Of a DNA stretch of 64,000 bases, positions 53,865 through 63,543 are shown one piece after another. The translations under genes and the position numbers were made by a program. The notes under the pieces were generated by a model. The model was not told the DNA's origin, searched no databases, and worked only from the letters and a program-made list of their open reading frames with translations. The DNA comes from Victivallales bacterium. GTDB lineage: Bacteria; Verrucomicrobiota; Lentisphaeria; Oligosphaerales; Oligosphaeraceae. Positions within the stretch are counted from its first letter, which is position 1, and every line of letters begins with the position of its first letter. Location: assembly GCA_017617415.1 (NCBI GenBank), contig JAFZWH010000093.1, positions 26,218 to 90,217 on the forward strand. The letters are read 5' to 3'.

Positions 53865-55019
53865 ATGGAAAACTCCTCCGACATCCCCGAAGCGATTCCC
53901 GTCTCCCCGCTGCCCAATTCGACCCCGGAGCCGCCACCGCCGCCACCGCCGCCACCAAGTGGAAATACCTACAAGGGCTTTGCGTGGGGCTGTTTGGTTT
54001 CGGCCATCTTCATGTTCGTGGCAGTTGTCCTCGGCATCGGCTCCTGTGTCTCTCTCGGAGTCATCGGCATCGCCGCGGCCAAGACCAACAACCTCGCCGA
54101 AGCTACTGATACGGCAAATCCAAATCCAACGCTCACCCTCTTGCGTCCAGGCGACGGCAACCGCAAAATCGCCGTCATCGCTGTCCACGGCACCATCATG
54201 TTCTCCAGCGACTCTACCAGCCTCTTCGGCGAGGAGACTGGCGCCGCTGCACAGCGCATCTGCCGAGAATTGCGCGCCGCACGGCTGGATGATGACGTCG
54301 CTGCAGTCATTCTGGATATGAACACGCCCGGCGGAGAAGTCGTTGCCAGCGACGAAATCCGCTCCGCCGTGGATGCGCTTCGGGCCTCTGGAAAGCCCGT
54401 GGTGACCTGCATGCACACTCTGGGTGCCTCCGGCGGATACTTCATCGCCTCCGGCTCCGACTGGATCATCGCCAATCGCCTCACCATGACCGGCTCCGTC
54501 GGCGTGATTATGCAGTCCGTCGAGGCTTCCAGATTCATGGCCATGATTGGCGTGCAGCCCCTCACCTACCGCTCTGGAAACTTCAAGGACATGCTCAGCC
54601 CCATGCGTCCATCCACCCCTGAGGAGGACGAATACCTCAACGCGATGGTGAAGCAGGATTTCCGTGAGTTCTGCCAGGTCATCGCCAACGGCCGACCGGA
54701 GCACTTCCCCACCGTCGAGGACGTCCTCAATGCGCCATTCGCCGATGGGCGGGTGGTCTCCGGCGCCGACGCCTTGGAGATGCACCTCATTGACCAGCTC
54801 GGAGATTTCGACGACGCCGTCGCCAAGGCCCGCAAACTCGCCCACGCCAACGACGCGCCCGTCTATGGCTATTCGCTGCGACGCGACTGGAAGTCCTGGC
54901 TGCTGTCCATGGCCGCCCAGCGCACGCCCATCGAGGTCAAGGGACTCGACCATGTCCTGCCCGGCACTGCTCTTCAGCCCGGCGTGCGCTACTATCTCCT
55001 TCCCCAGGCCGCGAAATAG
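53865..55019 (+). CDS. sppA: Signal peptide peptidase SppA (36K type)
   Basis: NTPGGEV and GASGGYFIASGSD (catalytic Ser context). The N-terminus has a poly-Pro stretch followed by a TM anchor. Confidence 0.85.
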   Translation: MENSSDIPEAIPVSPLPNSTPEPPPPPPPPPSGNTYKGFAWGCLVSAIFMFVAVVLGIGSCVSLGVIGIAAAKTNNLAEATDTANPNPTLTLLRPGDGNRKIAVIAVHGTIMFSSDSTSLFGEETGAAAQRICRELRAARLDDDVAAVILDMNTPGGEVVASDEIRSAVDALRASGKPVVTCMHTLGASGGYFIASGSDWIIANRLTMTGSVGVIMQSVEASRFMAMIGVQPLTYRSGNFKDMLSPMRPSTPEEDEYLNAMVKQDFREFCQVIANGRPEHFPTVEDVLNAPFADGRVVSGADALEMHLIDQLGDFDDAVAKARKLAHANDAPVYGYSLRRDWKSWLLSMAAQRTPIEVKGLDHVLPGTALQPGVRYYLLPQAAK

Positions 55020-55183
55020 GGGGATGCTGAGAGGGATGCGTGCCAGCGCGGCCTGTGTGAGGTTTGACGAAACGCGCAAATATCAAGTTAACCTTGTCCT
55101 GTTTCAGCGTTGGAATTGATGGGAGGACATGTATTTGTCATGAGCCGGAAAATCCTCCAGGCCATCCACGACAGCCAACAGCC

Positions 55184-56668
55184 ATGAGTCGCTCCCTATC
55201 CCTGATGACCTTTCGTCGTCCAAGCTATTCCCAAATACTTCTCGGGTTGGCTTTTATGCTATTTCTGGCATTGAGCGGGCTGGGCACATGGTTTCACGAA
55301 CCATGGTCGGATGAACTCCAGGCGTGGCTTATTGCGCGCGACTTGTCTATCCCCGCCATCTGGAATATCATGGCGGTCGAAGGTCATTTCATGCTTTGGC
55401 ATCTATGCATCCTCCCGCTCGCCAAAAGCGGTCTCCCGCCGGAATCGATGTGCTGGCTGGCATGGTGTCTGAATGCCTTCACCGGCTGGATGATGCTTTA
55501 TCGCACGCAACTTCCACGCTGGTGCCGCGTTCTGATGCTCTTCTCTGCACCCATGCTATATTTCTACGCCTGTACCGCACGCCCATACGTCCTATTGCCA
55601 CCGCTTCTGCTGCTGACGCTAAATCTGTATCCCAAACGTGACATCCATCCGTATCTTTATGGACTGCTGATCGCCCTCGTCGCGCAAATCCATGTCTTTT
55701 GCGAAGGCATCGCCGCGGCATTGTTCCTGGAATGGACCTGGGCAATGCGACATGAACTTAAGACTCGCAATGTCTTGGTTTTTCTTCTTCCGCCGTTCAG
55801 CGCATTGCTCGCCTTTCTTCAGGTCGCAGGCGCCTTCAGACGTTCTGCCTGGACCAGTATGATCCCCGCACAGGGTACATCCTTTGGATTCGGGCATAGA
55901 CTCCATGCCCAGTTGTCGGAAATGTCAGGCTTCTGGATGGACTTGCCGATGTTATGGACTGGTGCCATCCCCATTGTCCTTCTCCTATGCTTCACCTTTG
56001 CAGTCATCTACGATAAGCGACATCGCCCGATACTGATGATATGGCTCGTCAGCACATTATGGATGTTCGCCTGCACGGTTTTCCTCTGGATGTGGGCTTC
56101 GCAACGTACAGCACTGCTTCTTTATCTGGCGTTCTTTGTCGCTGCGCTGATATACCTTTTGCACCCGCCCCAAGGTCGTAATTCACTCGTCATTCCTGTG
56201 ACGTTGTCGTTGCTGTTCTTTTCCACCTACTGGACTGGATTTCACTGGCTTTGGAAAGACATCCGGCGACCGGCGGCGAGTTTCCAGCAAGTCGGACGAT
56301 TCCTCCAGAAAAACTATCCCCCTGGGCAGATTGTCATCTGCCATCCAGGGCTCTGCACTCAGCTTAGCGCATTTGCCCCAGAACTCGCCTTCTACAATTT
56401 GCAAAATGGCGAACGGCGAACCTATTACGATGCCAGCAAGGAAGCACTCCAGCTGCCATCAGTCCCCGTCAATGAACTGATGCCAATTATCTTGGAGAAA
56501 GATTGCCCGCTGGTCTTCAACCGTCTCAGGCTACCTCAGTTCGCCCAGCGCTTCCCAGGGCATTTTCCAGACCTGAGACTTGAATGCGTCGTGCCATTCC
56601 AGAATACGCTATACCAACCCGACGACCTCTGTGTACTTGTCGTCCGGCCATTGCTCCCCTCCCAATAA
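55184..56668 (+). CDS. Polytopic membrane protein, GT-C-like candidate (paralog of 61324-62922)
   Basis: About 12 TM helices. It shares with its paralog HEPW(S/R)DE..AW, FSAPMLY(F/W)Y, LYPKR..HP..YGLL.AL.A..H...EGI. The start is set to MSRSLSLM (ATG 55184). Confidence 0.55.
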   Translation: MSRSLSLMTFRRPSYSQILLGLAFMLFLALSGLGTWFHEPWSDELQAWLIARDLSIPAIWNIMAVEGHFMLWHLCILPLAKSGLPPESMCWLAWCLNAFTGWMMLYRTQLPRWCRVLMLFSAPMLYFYACTARPYVLLPPLLLLTLNLYPKRDIHPYLYGLLIALVAQIHVFCEGIAAALFLEWTWAMRHELKTRNVLVFLLPPFSALLAFLQVAGAFRRSAWTSMIPAQGTSFGFGHRLHAQLSEMSGFWMDLPMLWTGAIPIVLLLCFTFAVIYDKRHRPILMIWLVSTLWMFACTVFLWMWASQRTALLLYLAFFVAALIYLLHPPQGRNSLVIPVTLSLLFFSTYWTGFHWLWKDIRRPAASFQQVGRFLQKNYPPGQIVICHPGLCTQLSAFAPELAFYNLQNGERRTYYDASKEALQLPSVPVNELMPIILEKDCPLVFNRLRLPQFAQRFPGHFPDLRLECVVPFQNTLYQPDDLCVLVVRPLLPSQ

Positions 56669-56850
56669 ATTTCTTTCTCCTCTCGGGCAGGTTGAAAAAC
56701 CATTTCTCTGGGTGGCTTGCAGGAGCCATGCCCGGAGATGGGCTCTTATTCCTCTTGCTCAACGGAGCGGGCGGTTGCGCCTTTTCTGCATTATAGTACT
56801 TTCGTAGCCCGAAAAATCGACAAACGAGAGCAACCATTGTGGCAGCAACT

Positions 56851-58599
56851 ATGCGAAACGTTCTCCTGTTATTTCTGAGCCTCTGGCTGACCGTAGCAGT
56901 GGCTGACACCTTCTATCCGCTTCCCGACTGGAGTGAACGACCCGACCCGGCGGCTGCGCCAGAGGAGGCGTTGCCCAGCCAGACGCTCACCGAGTACCTG
57001 GGACCCTCGCCCAAAAGTCTGAACTACTATCTGGACAACAATATGATGAGCGCACAGGTCTTCGGACTGCTCTACGAGTCGCTCTTGAGCCGCGACCCCG
57101 CCACGCTCGAATATGTCCCGCAGTTGGCAAACCGCTGGAGCATCTCCGAAGACCGTCAGACTTTCACCTTCTGGCTGGATCCCAATGCACGGTGGAGCGA
57201 TGGCAAGCCCGTCACCGCAGAGGATGTCATCTGGACCTATGACACGCTCCTGGACCCCAAAAACCTCACCGGCCCCGTGCGATACTCGCTGGAACGCCTG
57301 GAGCGTCCCGTGGTCACCGAGGACGGTGGCATCCGCTTCCGCGCCAAGTCCCTGCATTGGGAGAATCTCTCCGCCGCCAGTGGATTCAGCATCCTTCCGA
57401 AGCATGCCTACGGAAAACTGGACTTCAATCTCATCAATTTCGAGTTCCCGGTGGTCTCTGGCCCCTACTGCGTCAAGGAGCTCCAGGAAGGCATCTGCCT
57501 GATACTCCAGAAGCGTGCGGACTGGTGGCGTAAAAACTACCCTGCCGCCCAAGGCATCTACAACTTCCAGGAACTGCGGTTACGCTTCTTCGAGGATCAG
57601 CAGAACGCCTTTGACGCCTTTAAGAAAGGTGAAATCGACTTTATGACCATCTACACCGCATCGCAATGGCATGGCATTGAGGATGCGGTGTCCGCAGTGC
57701 GCAACCATTGGATTGTCAAGCAGGAAATCCACAACCGCGCGCCCACTGGCATGCAAGGTTTTGCCATCAACCTGCGACGACCGATCTTCCAGGACCTGCG
57801 AGTGCGTCAGGCGTTGGCGCATCTCCTCGATCGCAAGTTCATGAACCACTCCATGATGTTCGATGCCTATTTCCTCCACCGCTCCTATATGGAGGACCTC
57901 TACGACGAAGCTCATCCCAACCCCAATCCCGAATACGACTACGATCCCGCCAAAGCCCGCCAGCTCCTCGCTGAGGCTGGCTGGTCCAACAACCCTCAGA
58001 CCGGCCGGCTCGAAAAGAACGGCCAGCCCTTCGAGTTTACCTTCCTTAATCGCGGAACTGCCAACAAGTTCCTTGCGGTTTACAGCGAGGCGCTCAAGGA
58101 CGTCGGCATCACCATGAACATCGTCACGGAGGACTGGTCCGCCTGGGCAAAGGACATGGCCGAATACAACTTCGACATGACCTGGGCGGCATGGGGGGGT
58201 TCGCTTTTCCATGACCCGGAGCAACTCTGGAGTTCCCGCGAAGGACAGCGCAAGGGCTCCTCGAATATCACCGGCTTCGCAGACCCCGAGGTGGACCGCC
58301 TCATCGAGGAGCAGAAGCCCGTCTTCGATATTCAGGAACGCAACGAAATCAACCGGAAGATCGACCAGCTCATCTACGCGCAGGTTCCCTATATCCTCCT
58401 CTGGAATATCGACTACATCAGACTCCTCTACTGGAATAAATTCGGCACCCCGACCACCGTCCTCGGAAAATACGACGGCGACTCCTCCGCCACCGCCCTC
58501 TGGTGGATTGACCCCGACCGCGCCGACGAACTCGCCGAGGCAATGGAGGAGAACTCGCCCCTGCCCGCCGCTCCCGAAAAGATCTACTGGAAAGAGTAG
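56851..58599 (+). CDS. ABC transporter substrate-binding protein, family 5 (peptide/oligosaccharide type)
   Basis: Signal peptide and about 580 aa, with family-5-like blocks (RWSDGKPVTAEDV, FNLINFEFP). The start is set at ATG 56851 inside the ORF-track GTG extension. Confidence 0.8.
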   Translation: MRNVLLLFLSLWLTVAVADTFYPLPDWSERPDPAAAPEEALPSQTLTEYLGPSPKSLNYYLDNNMMSAQVFGLLYESLLSRDPATLEYVPQLANRWSISEDRQTFTFWLDPNARWSDGKPVTAEDVIWTYDTLLDPKNLTGPVRYSLERLERPVVTEDGGIRFRAKSLHWENLSAASGFSILPKHAYGKLDFNLINFEFPVVSGPYCVKELQEGICLILQKRADWWRKNYPAAQGIYNFQELRLRFFEDQQNAFDAFKKGEIDFMTIYTASQWHGIEDAVSAVRNHWIVKQEIHNRAPTGMQGFAINLRRPIFQDLRVRQALAHLLDRKFMNHSMMFDAYFLHRSYMEDLYDEAHPNPNPEYDYDPAKARQLLAEAGWSNNPQTGRLEKNGQPFEFTFLNRGTANKFLAVYSEALKDVGITMNIVTEDWSAWAKDMAEYNFDMTWAAWGGSLFHDPEQLWSSREGQRKGSSNITGFADPEVDRLIEEQKPVFDIQERNEINRKIDQLIYAQVPYILLWNIDYIRLLYWNKFGTPTTVLGKYDGDSSATALWWIDPDRADELAEAMEENSPLPAAPEKIYWKE

Positions 58600-58631
58600 C
58601 AACTGAAATTGCTAATTGCTAATTTACAAAG

Positions 58632-59525
58632 ATGTCCGCAGAAATCATTGATGGCAAGAAAATTGCTGCTGAAATACGCGCCGAGCTGAAAGCGAAAGTC
58701 CAGGAACTGAAAGCCAGCCGTGGTATCACGCCGGGGCTGGCGGTCATCCTGGTCGGCGAAGATCCCGCTTCGCAGTCCTATGTGACTGCCAAGGAACGCG
58801 CTTGCGCCGAAATCGGCATCTTCTCGGACGACAATCGGCTCCCCGCCTCAACCACCCAGGCGGAACTGCTGGAACTCATCGCCAAGAAGAACGCCGACCC
58901 GCGTATCCACGGCATCCTCGTGCAACTCCCAGTCCCCCGACACATCGACACCAATGCGGTCATCGCAGCCATCGCCCCGTCCAAGGACGTGGATGGCTTC
59001 TCGCCGATCTCACTGGGCAAGCTGATGCTTGGACTGCCTACCTTCATCTCCTGCACCCCCCATGGCATCGTGCAACTGCTGATGCGCTCCGGCGTTAAGC
59101 TGGCTGGCTCACATGTGGTAGTCGTCGGTCGAAGCAACATCGTGGGCAAGCCGGTGGCGAATCTGCTCAGCCAAAAAGCCGCGTATGGCGATGCGACCGT
59201 GACCATCTGCCATAGCCGGACGCCGAATCTGGCGGACTTTACCAGGCAGGCGGATGTCCTCATCGCGGCGGTGGGGCATGCCCACACCATCACAGCGGAG
59301 ATGGTCAAGCCTGGCGCAGTGGTCATCGATGTCGGAGTGAATCGCATTGAAGACCTTGCTGCCCCAAAGGGTTATCGTCTAAAAGGCGACGTGGATTTCG
59401 AAGCGGTCAGCCAGGTCGCCTCCAAAATCACGCCAGTCCCCGGCGGCGTAGGCCCCATGACCATCACCATGCTGCTGTATAATACGGTACAGAGCGCCAG
59501 CCTGACGATGGCGAACTGCAATTGA
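58632..59525 (+). CDS. folD: Bifunctional methylenetetrahydrofolate dehydrogenase/cyclohydrolase FolD
   Basis: Motifs VGEDPASQSYV, ILVQLPVP, GRSNIVGKP and TPVPGGVGPMT. Confidence 0.95.
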   Translation: MSAEIIDGKKIAAEIRAELKAKVQELKASRGITPGLAVILVGEDPASQSYVTAKERACAEIGIFSDDNRLPASTTQAELLELIAKKNADPRIHGILVQLPVPRHIDTNAVIAAIAPSKDVDGFSPISLGKLMLGLPTFISCTPHGIVQLLMRSGVKLAGSHVVVVGRSNIVGKPVANLLSQKAAYGDATVTICHSRTPNLADFTRQADVLIAAVGHAHTITAEMVKPGAVVIDVGVNRIEDLAAPKGYRLKGDVDFEAVSQVASKITPVPGGVGPMTITMLLYNTVQSASLTMANCN

Positions 59526-59562
59526 ACCCATCATGTGGTAACCCAAGGGTTGCGATTCCCCC

Positions 59563-60969
59563 ATGAAACCATCGGAAAAAAAGAGCGACCGTCCAATGGC
59601 GGTCACACGGGTCATCACCCAGGCCCGTACGACTTCACAGTTTGTCCTCCAGGCGCTGCTGCGTTCCCTGCTGGAACACACTCCCGCCGACCGCTGTCTG
59701 CGTGATATCTTTGGCGACAACCACCAGCTTGGTTCGCGGGACCGGCGAATCATCGGCGAGACCCTCTTCTCTGTTTTGCGTTGGTGGGGCTGGCTCCGCA
59801 AGCTCGCGCCAGCGTACTTTCTCACGGCGCTGGAAGAAGGCAAGACTGCTGCGCCGCTACATGTCGCCGACTGGAACGGCGTCTTCTCCGCCGCCTGGCT
59901 ACTGGAAAACCGCTTTGACCTCCCGCCGTCAGTGATGTATTGGCTCCGCGAAGCCGGACTTTACCCCGAACTCTTTGAGGACACGCCGTCAGACACCCCC
60001 GTCGCCCAACGCCGACGCTATCTGCGGCCATTTTTCCAGAAGGCAAAGCTCGACATGCCGCCGCTCACCCTCGAGGAGTTGCTCCCCGAATGGGCACAGG
60101 AACGCATTGCCCCAGAAGAAAATGTGGACTACAAGAAGCTCGTTGAGTGGCTGCAACAACGCCCGCCCGTCTGGATCCGTGCTCAGGTCACCGACCAAGA
60201 CCGCCTTCGTGCCGAAATCGAACGCGACAGCGAGGACGCCGTTCATCCCATCAGCCACAAATGCCTCCGCGGCGCCCTCTGCATCCGGCACACGGGAACC
60301 AATCTCCGCGCACTGCCGGCCTTCCAGGATGGCAAATTCGAGATCCAGGACCTGGCCTCGCAATGCGTCGCCTTCGTCTGCGCACCCAAGCCTGGAGAAC
60401 AGTGGTGGGATGCATGCGCCGGCGGCGGTGGGAAAGCCCTCCATCTGGCATACTTGATGCACAACCGTGGCATCGTGGACGCCAGCGACTTGCGGGAATT
60501 CAAACTTCAGGAGTTGCGTCTGCGCGCCCGGCGGGACCACTTCAACAACATCCACACCCGTGTATGGAAAGGCACCACGAAGGATGTCCCGAACGACCGT
60601 TATGACGGTGTGCTCGTGGACACGCCATGCTCCTGTTCCGGGACTTGGCGGCGCGCCCCTGACGGCCGCTGGAACACCTCGCCCGAAAGCATCGAGGAGT
60701 TCACCGTCCTTCAGAAGCAACTGCTGGATGCGGCGGCGAAGGCGGTCAAGCCTGGCGGCACGCTGGTTTATTCTACCTGCTCGATGTTCCGCGCCGAGAA
60801 CCAAGGTATCGTCGAGGCGTTTCTGGAGACCCATCCGGAATTCATTCTTGCCCGCCATATCAACCCCCTTGATGGCACGGAGTCCGACGGTATGACCCAG
60901 ATCTGGCCCTGGCATGGGGATTGCGATGCGATGTTCACCGCAAAATTCACCCGGCGGAAAACTCAATAG
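59563..60969 (+). CDS. RsmB/NOP2/Sun-family rRNA cytosine-C5 methyltransferase
   Basis: NusB-like N-terminus, SAM motif DACAGGGGK, and catalytic Cys motifs DTPCSCSGTWRR and YSTCS. Confidence 0.8.
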   Translation: MKPSEKKSDRPMAVTRVITQARTTSQFVLQALLRSLLEHTPADRCLRDIFGDNHQLGSRDRRIIGETLFSVLRWWGWLRKLAPAYFLTALEEGKTAAPLHVADWNGVFSAAWLLENRFDLPPSVMYWLREAGLYPELFEDTPSDTPVAQRRRYLRPFFQKAKLDMPPLTLEELLPEWAQERIAPEENVDYKKLVEWLQQRPPVWIRAQVTDQDRLRAEIERDSEDAVHPISHKCLRGALCIRHTGTNLRALPAFQDGKFEIQDLASQCVAFVCAPKPGEQWWDACAGGGGKALHLAYLMHNRGIVDASDLREFKLQELRLRARRDHFNNIHTRVWKGTTKDVPNDRYDGVLVDTPCSCSGTWRRAPDGRWNTSPESIEEFTVLQKQLLDAAAKAVKPGGTLVYSTCSMFRAENQGIVEAFLETHPEFILARHINPLDGTESDGMTQIWPWHGDCDAMFTAKFTRRKTQ

Positions 60970-61115
60970 GCTGCGCGGGTGCGCGGGACAGAACCGGGGG
61001 ATGATGGAAAACCGCAGTCGTCCGTCCTACCCCGGTTTGCAAATCCCATAAATTATGCTAAATTAAATAGAATTTCCTTTTTAGAGGCAATTTTTAATAA
61101 ATTGACTCTTTTCCA

Positions 61116-61189
61116 GCGGGTGTAGCATAATGGTAATGCATCGGCTTCCCAAGCCGACTACGCGGGTCCGATTCCCGTCACCCGCTCCA
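61116..61189 (+). tRNA. tRNA-Gly (anticodon CCC)
   Basis: Manual cloverleaf: acceptor GCGGGTG/CACCCGC, D arm GCAT/ATGC, anticodon stem TCGGC/GCCGA with loop TTCCCAA, and an encoded CCA. The T loop reads TCCGATT, not the canonical TTCGATT, and the T stem has a G-T pair. Confidence 0.8.
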
Positions 61190-61219
61190 TTTTATTTTAA
61201 AGCTATTATTCCCCGTGAT

Positions 61220-61293
61220 GGCACCTAACTCAGTTGTTCTCATGTAGCAGGGGTACGGGTGCTCCCATAGAATTGTTGAAGTGCCGTTAGGGA
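61220..61293. repeat. Conserved ~75-nt element, copy 2
   Basis: It has the same three sequence blocks as 2250-2333. It lies 31 nt after tRNA-Gly and 31 nt beyond the stop of the minus-strand gene at 61324. Confidence 0.5.
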
Positions 61294-61323
61294 CATAGCC
61301 TATTAAAATGAAGTCGGGGAACC

Positions 61324-62922
61324 TTACGGTGGAAGCAGGATAATGAAATCGTCGTCAGTAAGAACGGTGTCGGGACTTTCGTAGATTTGTGTGTATCCGT
61401 ATTGCTGGATGAAGAAGTCAGACATTTTTATCTCAGCGCTCTTCTCAAAAATCAGAATTTCGTGATTCTGGAGAATGACCGGCAGCGTCTCTGAGAGTGG
61501 CTGCGAGTCAAAAGTGCTCATCAGATTGCCAGGGTCGTAGGAAAGTTCTATGCCATATTGATAAAGGCGGATTGGACGACGCGTATAGGCAAAAAGATGA
61601 GGCGAGCTGGCATCTAAATACACGATTGCCAATTGCTGGCTTGGAGCGATGTGCTCTTGAATGTATTGAGCACAATGTCCGAGATCGGAAAAGCGATACT
61701 TCCAGTCATTATATACATCAGAAGTGGAACAAACTAACATCAAAAACAGCAACGGACTGCAATGCAACATGAAAGAAGACAAATTTTCAGAATGGCCTTG
61801 CTTATGTGTGATCCACGCAAAAAATACCGCATATAGAGGCAATAAATAAACCCGCTGGGGAAGGAATGGCACATAGCCAAAAACGAGTAGAAGAAGCCAT
61901 CCCATGGAAAGAATTATGCCAGTCACGTGACGCCAATTGCAGCCAGGAAAAACACAAAGGAGGATGGCGAAAGGGAATACTGGCAATAGCCACCATGATG
62001 AATAGTGGCTGATGGCCAAACCGATGACGACAAAAAGGACAACTGACGAAAAGACAACGGTTAAGATTTCCGCTCGGCGACGGAAAGATGGTTTACGAGA
62101 CAGGAAAAAGAGATATCCCAGCGCGAAAAGCGCAAGCAGCAGGGCTGGTAGCAGCCGACCCATGAAAAAAACTCTGAATCCAACATAATGTCGGGCAAAT
62201 TCAAGACATTGCGCATTGATCCAAATATGTTTGGCGATATTGTTTTTTGTCCAGTCCGAATTGGTCAGCGAACGAAATGTGGTGAGAAATGCGACCAATA
62301 CGCCCAAAAGTGTAATGGCGGGAGCAACAAGCATACGCCGCCGTCGGAGCGGGGATGATGAGGCCTGATACAGAGCGATGAGGTCAAAGACAAAAAGTGC
62401 AAGCACAATGCCTTCTGCAACAATATGGGTATTGGCAAGTAATGCGACAAGAAGACCATACCAGATAGGATGCTCTGCTCTTTTGGGATAAAGGACTGCG
62501 ATGGCAAAAAGCAACGGAAGCATCAACGCATAGTTTCGGCTGACAACCGGATACCAGTAAAGCATTGGGGCTGTGAATAAAAAGAGCAGCCGGAACCATG
62601 TGCGGAAAGGCGCCTTGAAAAGCCATAGCATGGCTGCGGGGAAACATAATAGCCAGCTCGCCAAGGGCAAGCCGATGGAAAGCGGAAAGCCCACAAAGAT
62701 TTTCAGCCAGACATACCAAAGAATGGGGTGGGCATCATATTGCATGGCGTTGACCACCTGGAAAAGCGTGAGCTCTCGCGTCAGAATCCAGGCACGCACC
62801 TCGTCGCGCCAGGGCTCGTGGTAGAAAAGCATGGCAAGCGAGATGACACTCCAGAGCACCAAAGCACAGTACTCCCATTTACGCTGTTGAATATGAGAGC
62901 GAATTTGTTCGGAATAAATCAT
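61324..62922 (-). CDS. Polytopic membrane protein, GT-C-like candidate (paralog of 55184-56668)
   Basis: 532 aa and about 12 TM helices, with the same conserved loop and helix blocks as its paralog (YHEPWRDEVRAWIL, FTAPMLYWY, LYPKRAEHPIWYGLLVALLANTHIVAEGI). Confidence 0.55.
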   Translation of the reverse strand: MIYSEQIRSHIQQRKWEYCALVLWSVISLAMLFYHEPWRDEVRAWILTRELTLFQVVNAMQYDAHPILWYVWLKIFVGFPLSIGLPLASWLLCFPAAMLWLFKAPFRTWFRLLFLFTAPMLYWYPVVSRNYALMLPLLFAIAVLYPKRAEHPIWYGLLVALLANTHIVAEGIVLALFVFDLIALYQASSSPLRRRRMLVAPAITLLGVLVAFLTTFRSLTNSDWTKNNIAKHIWINAQCLEFARHYVGFRVFFMGRLLPALLLALFALGYLFFLSRKPSFRRRAEILTVVFSSVVLFVVIGLAISHYSSWWLLPVFPFAILLCVFPGCNWRHVTGIILSMGWLLLLVFGYVPFLPQRVYLLPLYAVFFAWITHKQGHSENLSSFMLHCSPLLFLMLVCSTSDVYNDWKYRFSDLGHCAQYIQEHIAPSQQLAIVYLDASSPHLFAYTRRPIRLYQYGIELSYDPGNLMSTFDSQPLSETLPVILQNHEILIFEKSAEIKMSDFFIQQYGYTQIYESPDTVLTDDDFIILLPP

Positions 62923-63543
62923 GGATTACGCAGATACCGATGCTTTTTCAAAAAAGGTCTTGGAAGGCTTGGCGAAAATGGACCCGGGACAATCGGTCTC
63001 GCCAGGCCGTCAGGTTTGCAGGTTTTAGGCAGGCTGTTAAGTGTCCAGTTGGGAGACATGGCAGTGATTAAATTAATAACTTGTTGTTAATCAACATGTT
63101 ATCTAATTAATTCGTCCCCGGTTGCAAGATGACAAACGCTTCGCCCAAAGTTGACACCATGCTTAGCTGGAGAATGGGAAACCTTATAATCACACATCCA
63201 AGAATGATGCTACAACAAGTTGGACAAAAGCAAGAACTGACACTTTTTCCTACAGACGGGAATCGACATGAGAGACCAAGCCATTGCGGACTCACAAAGA
63301 GCGAAATCACAGTGCATTAAAAAACACGACCACGCGATGAAGCTATCGCCCAGAACTGTCAGGCCGGCTGAGATGATGGGTTTGCAAGTGACTCATGAAA
63401 TGCGAAGAGGCACAAAAGCAAGCATCCAATGGTTTTTGTGTCATATCCTTGAACAAAACTATACAATATAATCTTTTCCCAGCTTTTCAAGTTCATCGCT
63501 CATACCTCGACCTCGATTAAGAATTCAGCGTCAAGAATTCAGT

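Noticed and set aside
53835-55079. 414-aa antisense ORF opposite sppA, plus similar ones at 50190-51161, 57580-58602, 59989-60966, 51158-52120 and 296-1348
   Set aside because: All are shadow ORFs opposite recognisable genes. Their composition is typical of antisense GC-rich coding sequence.
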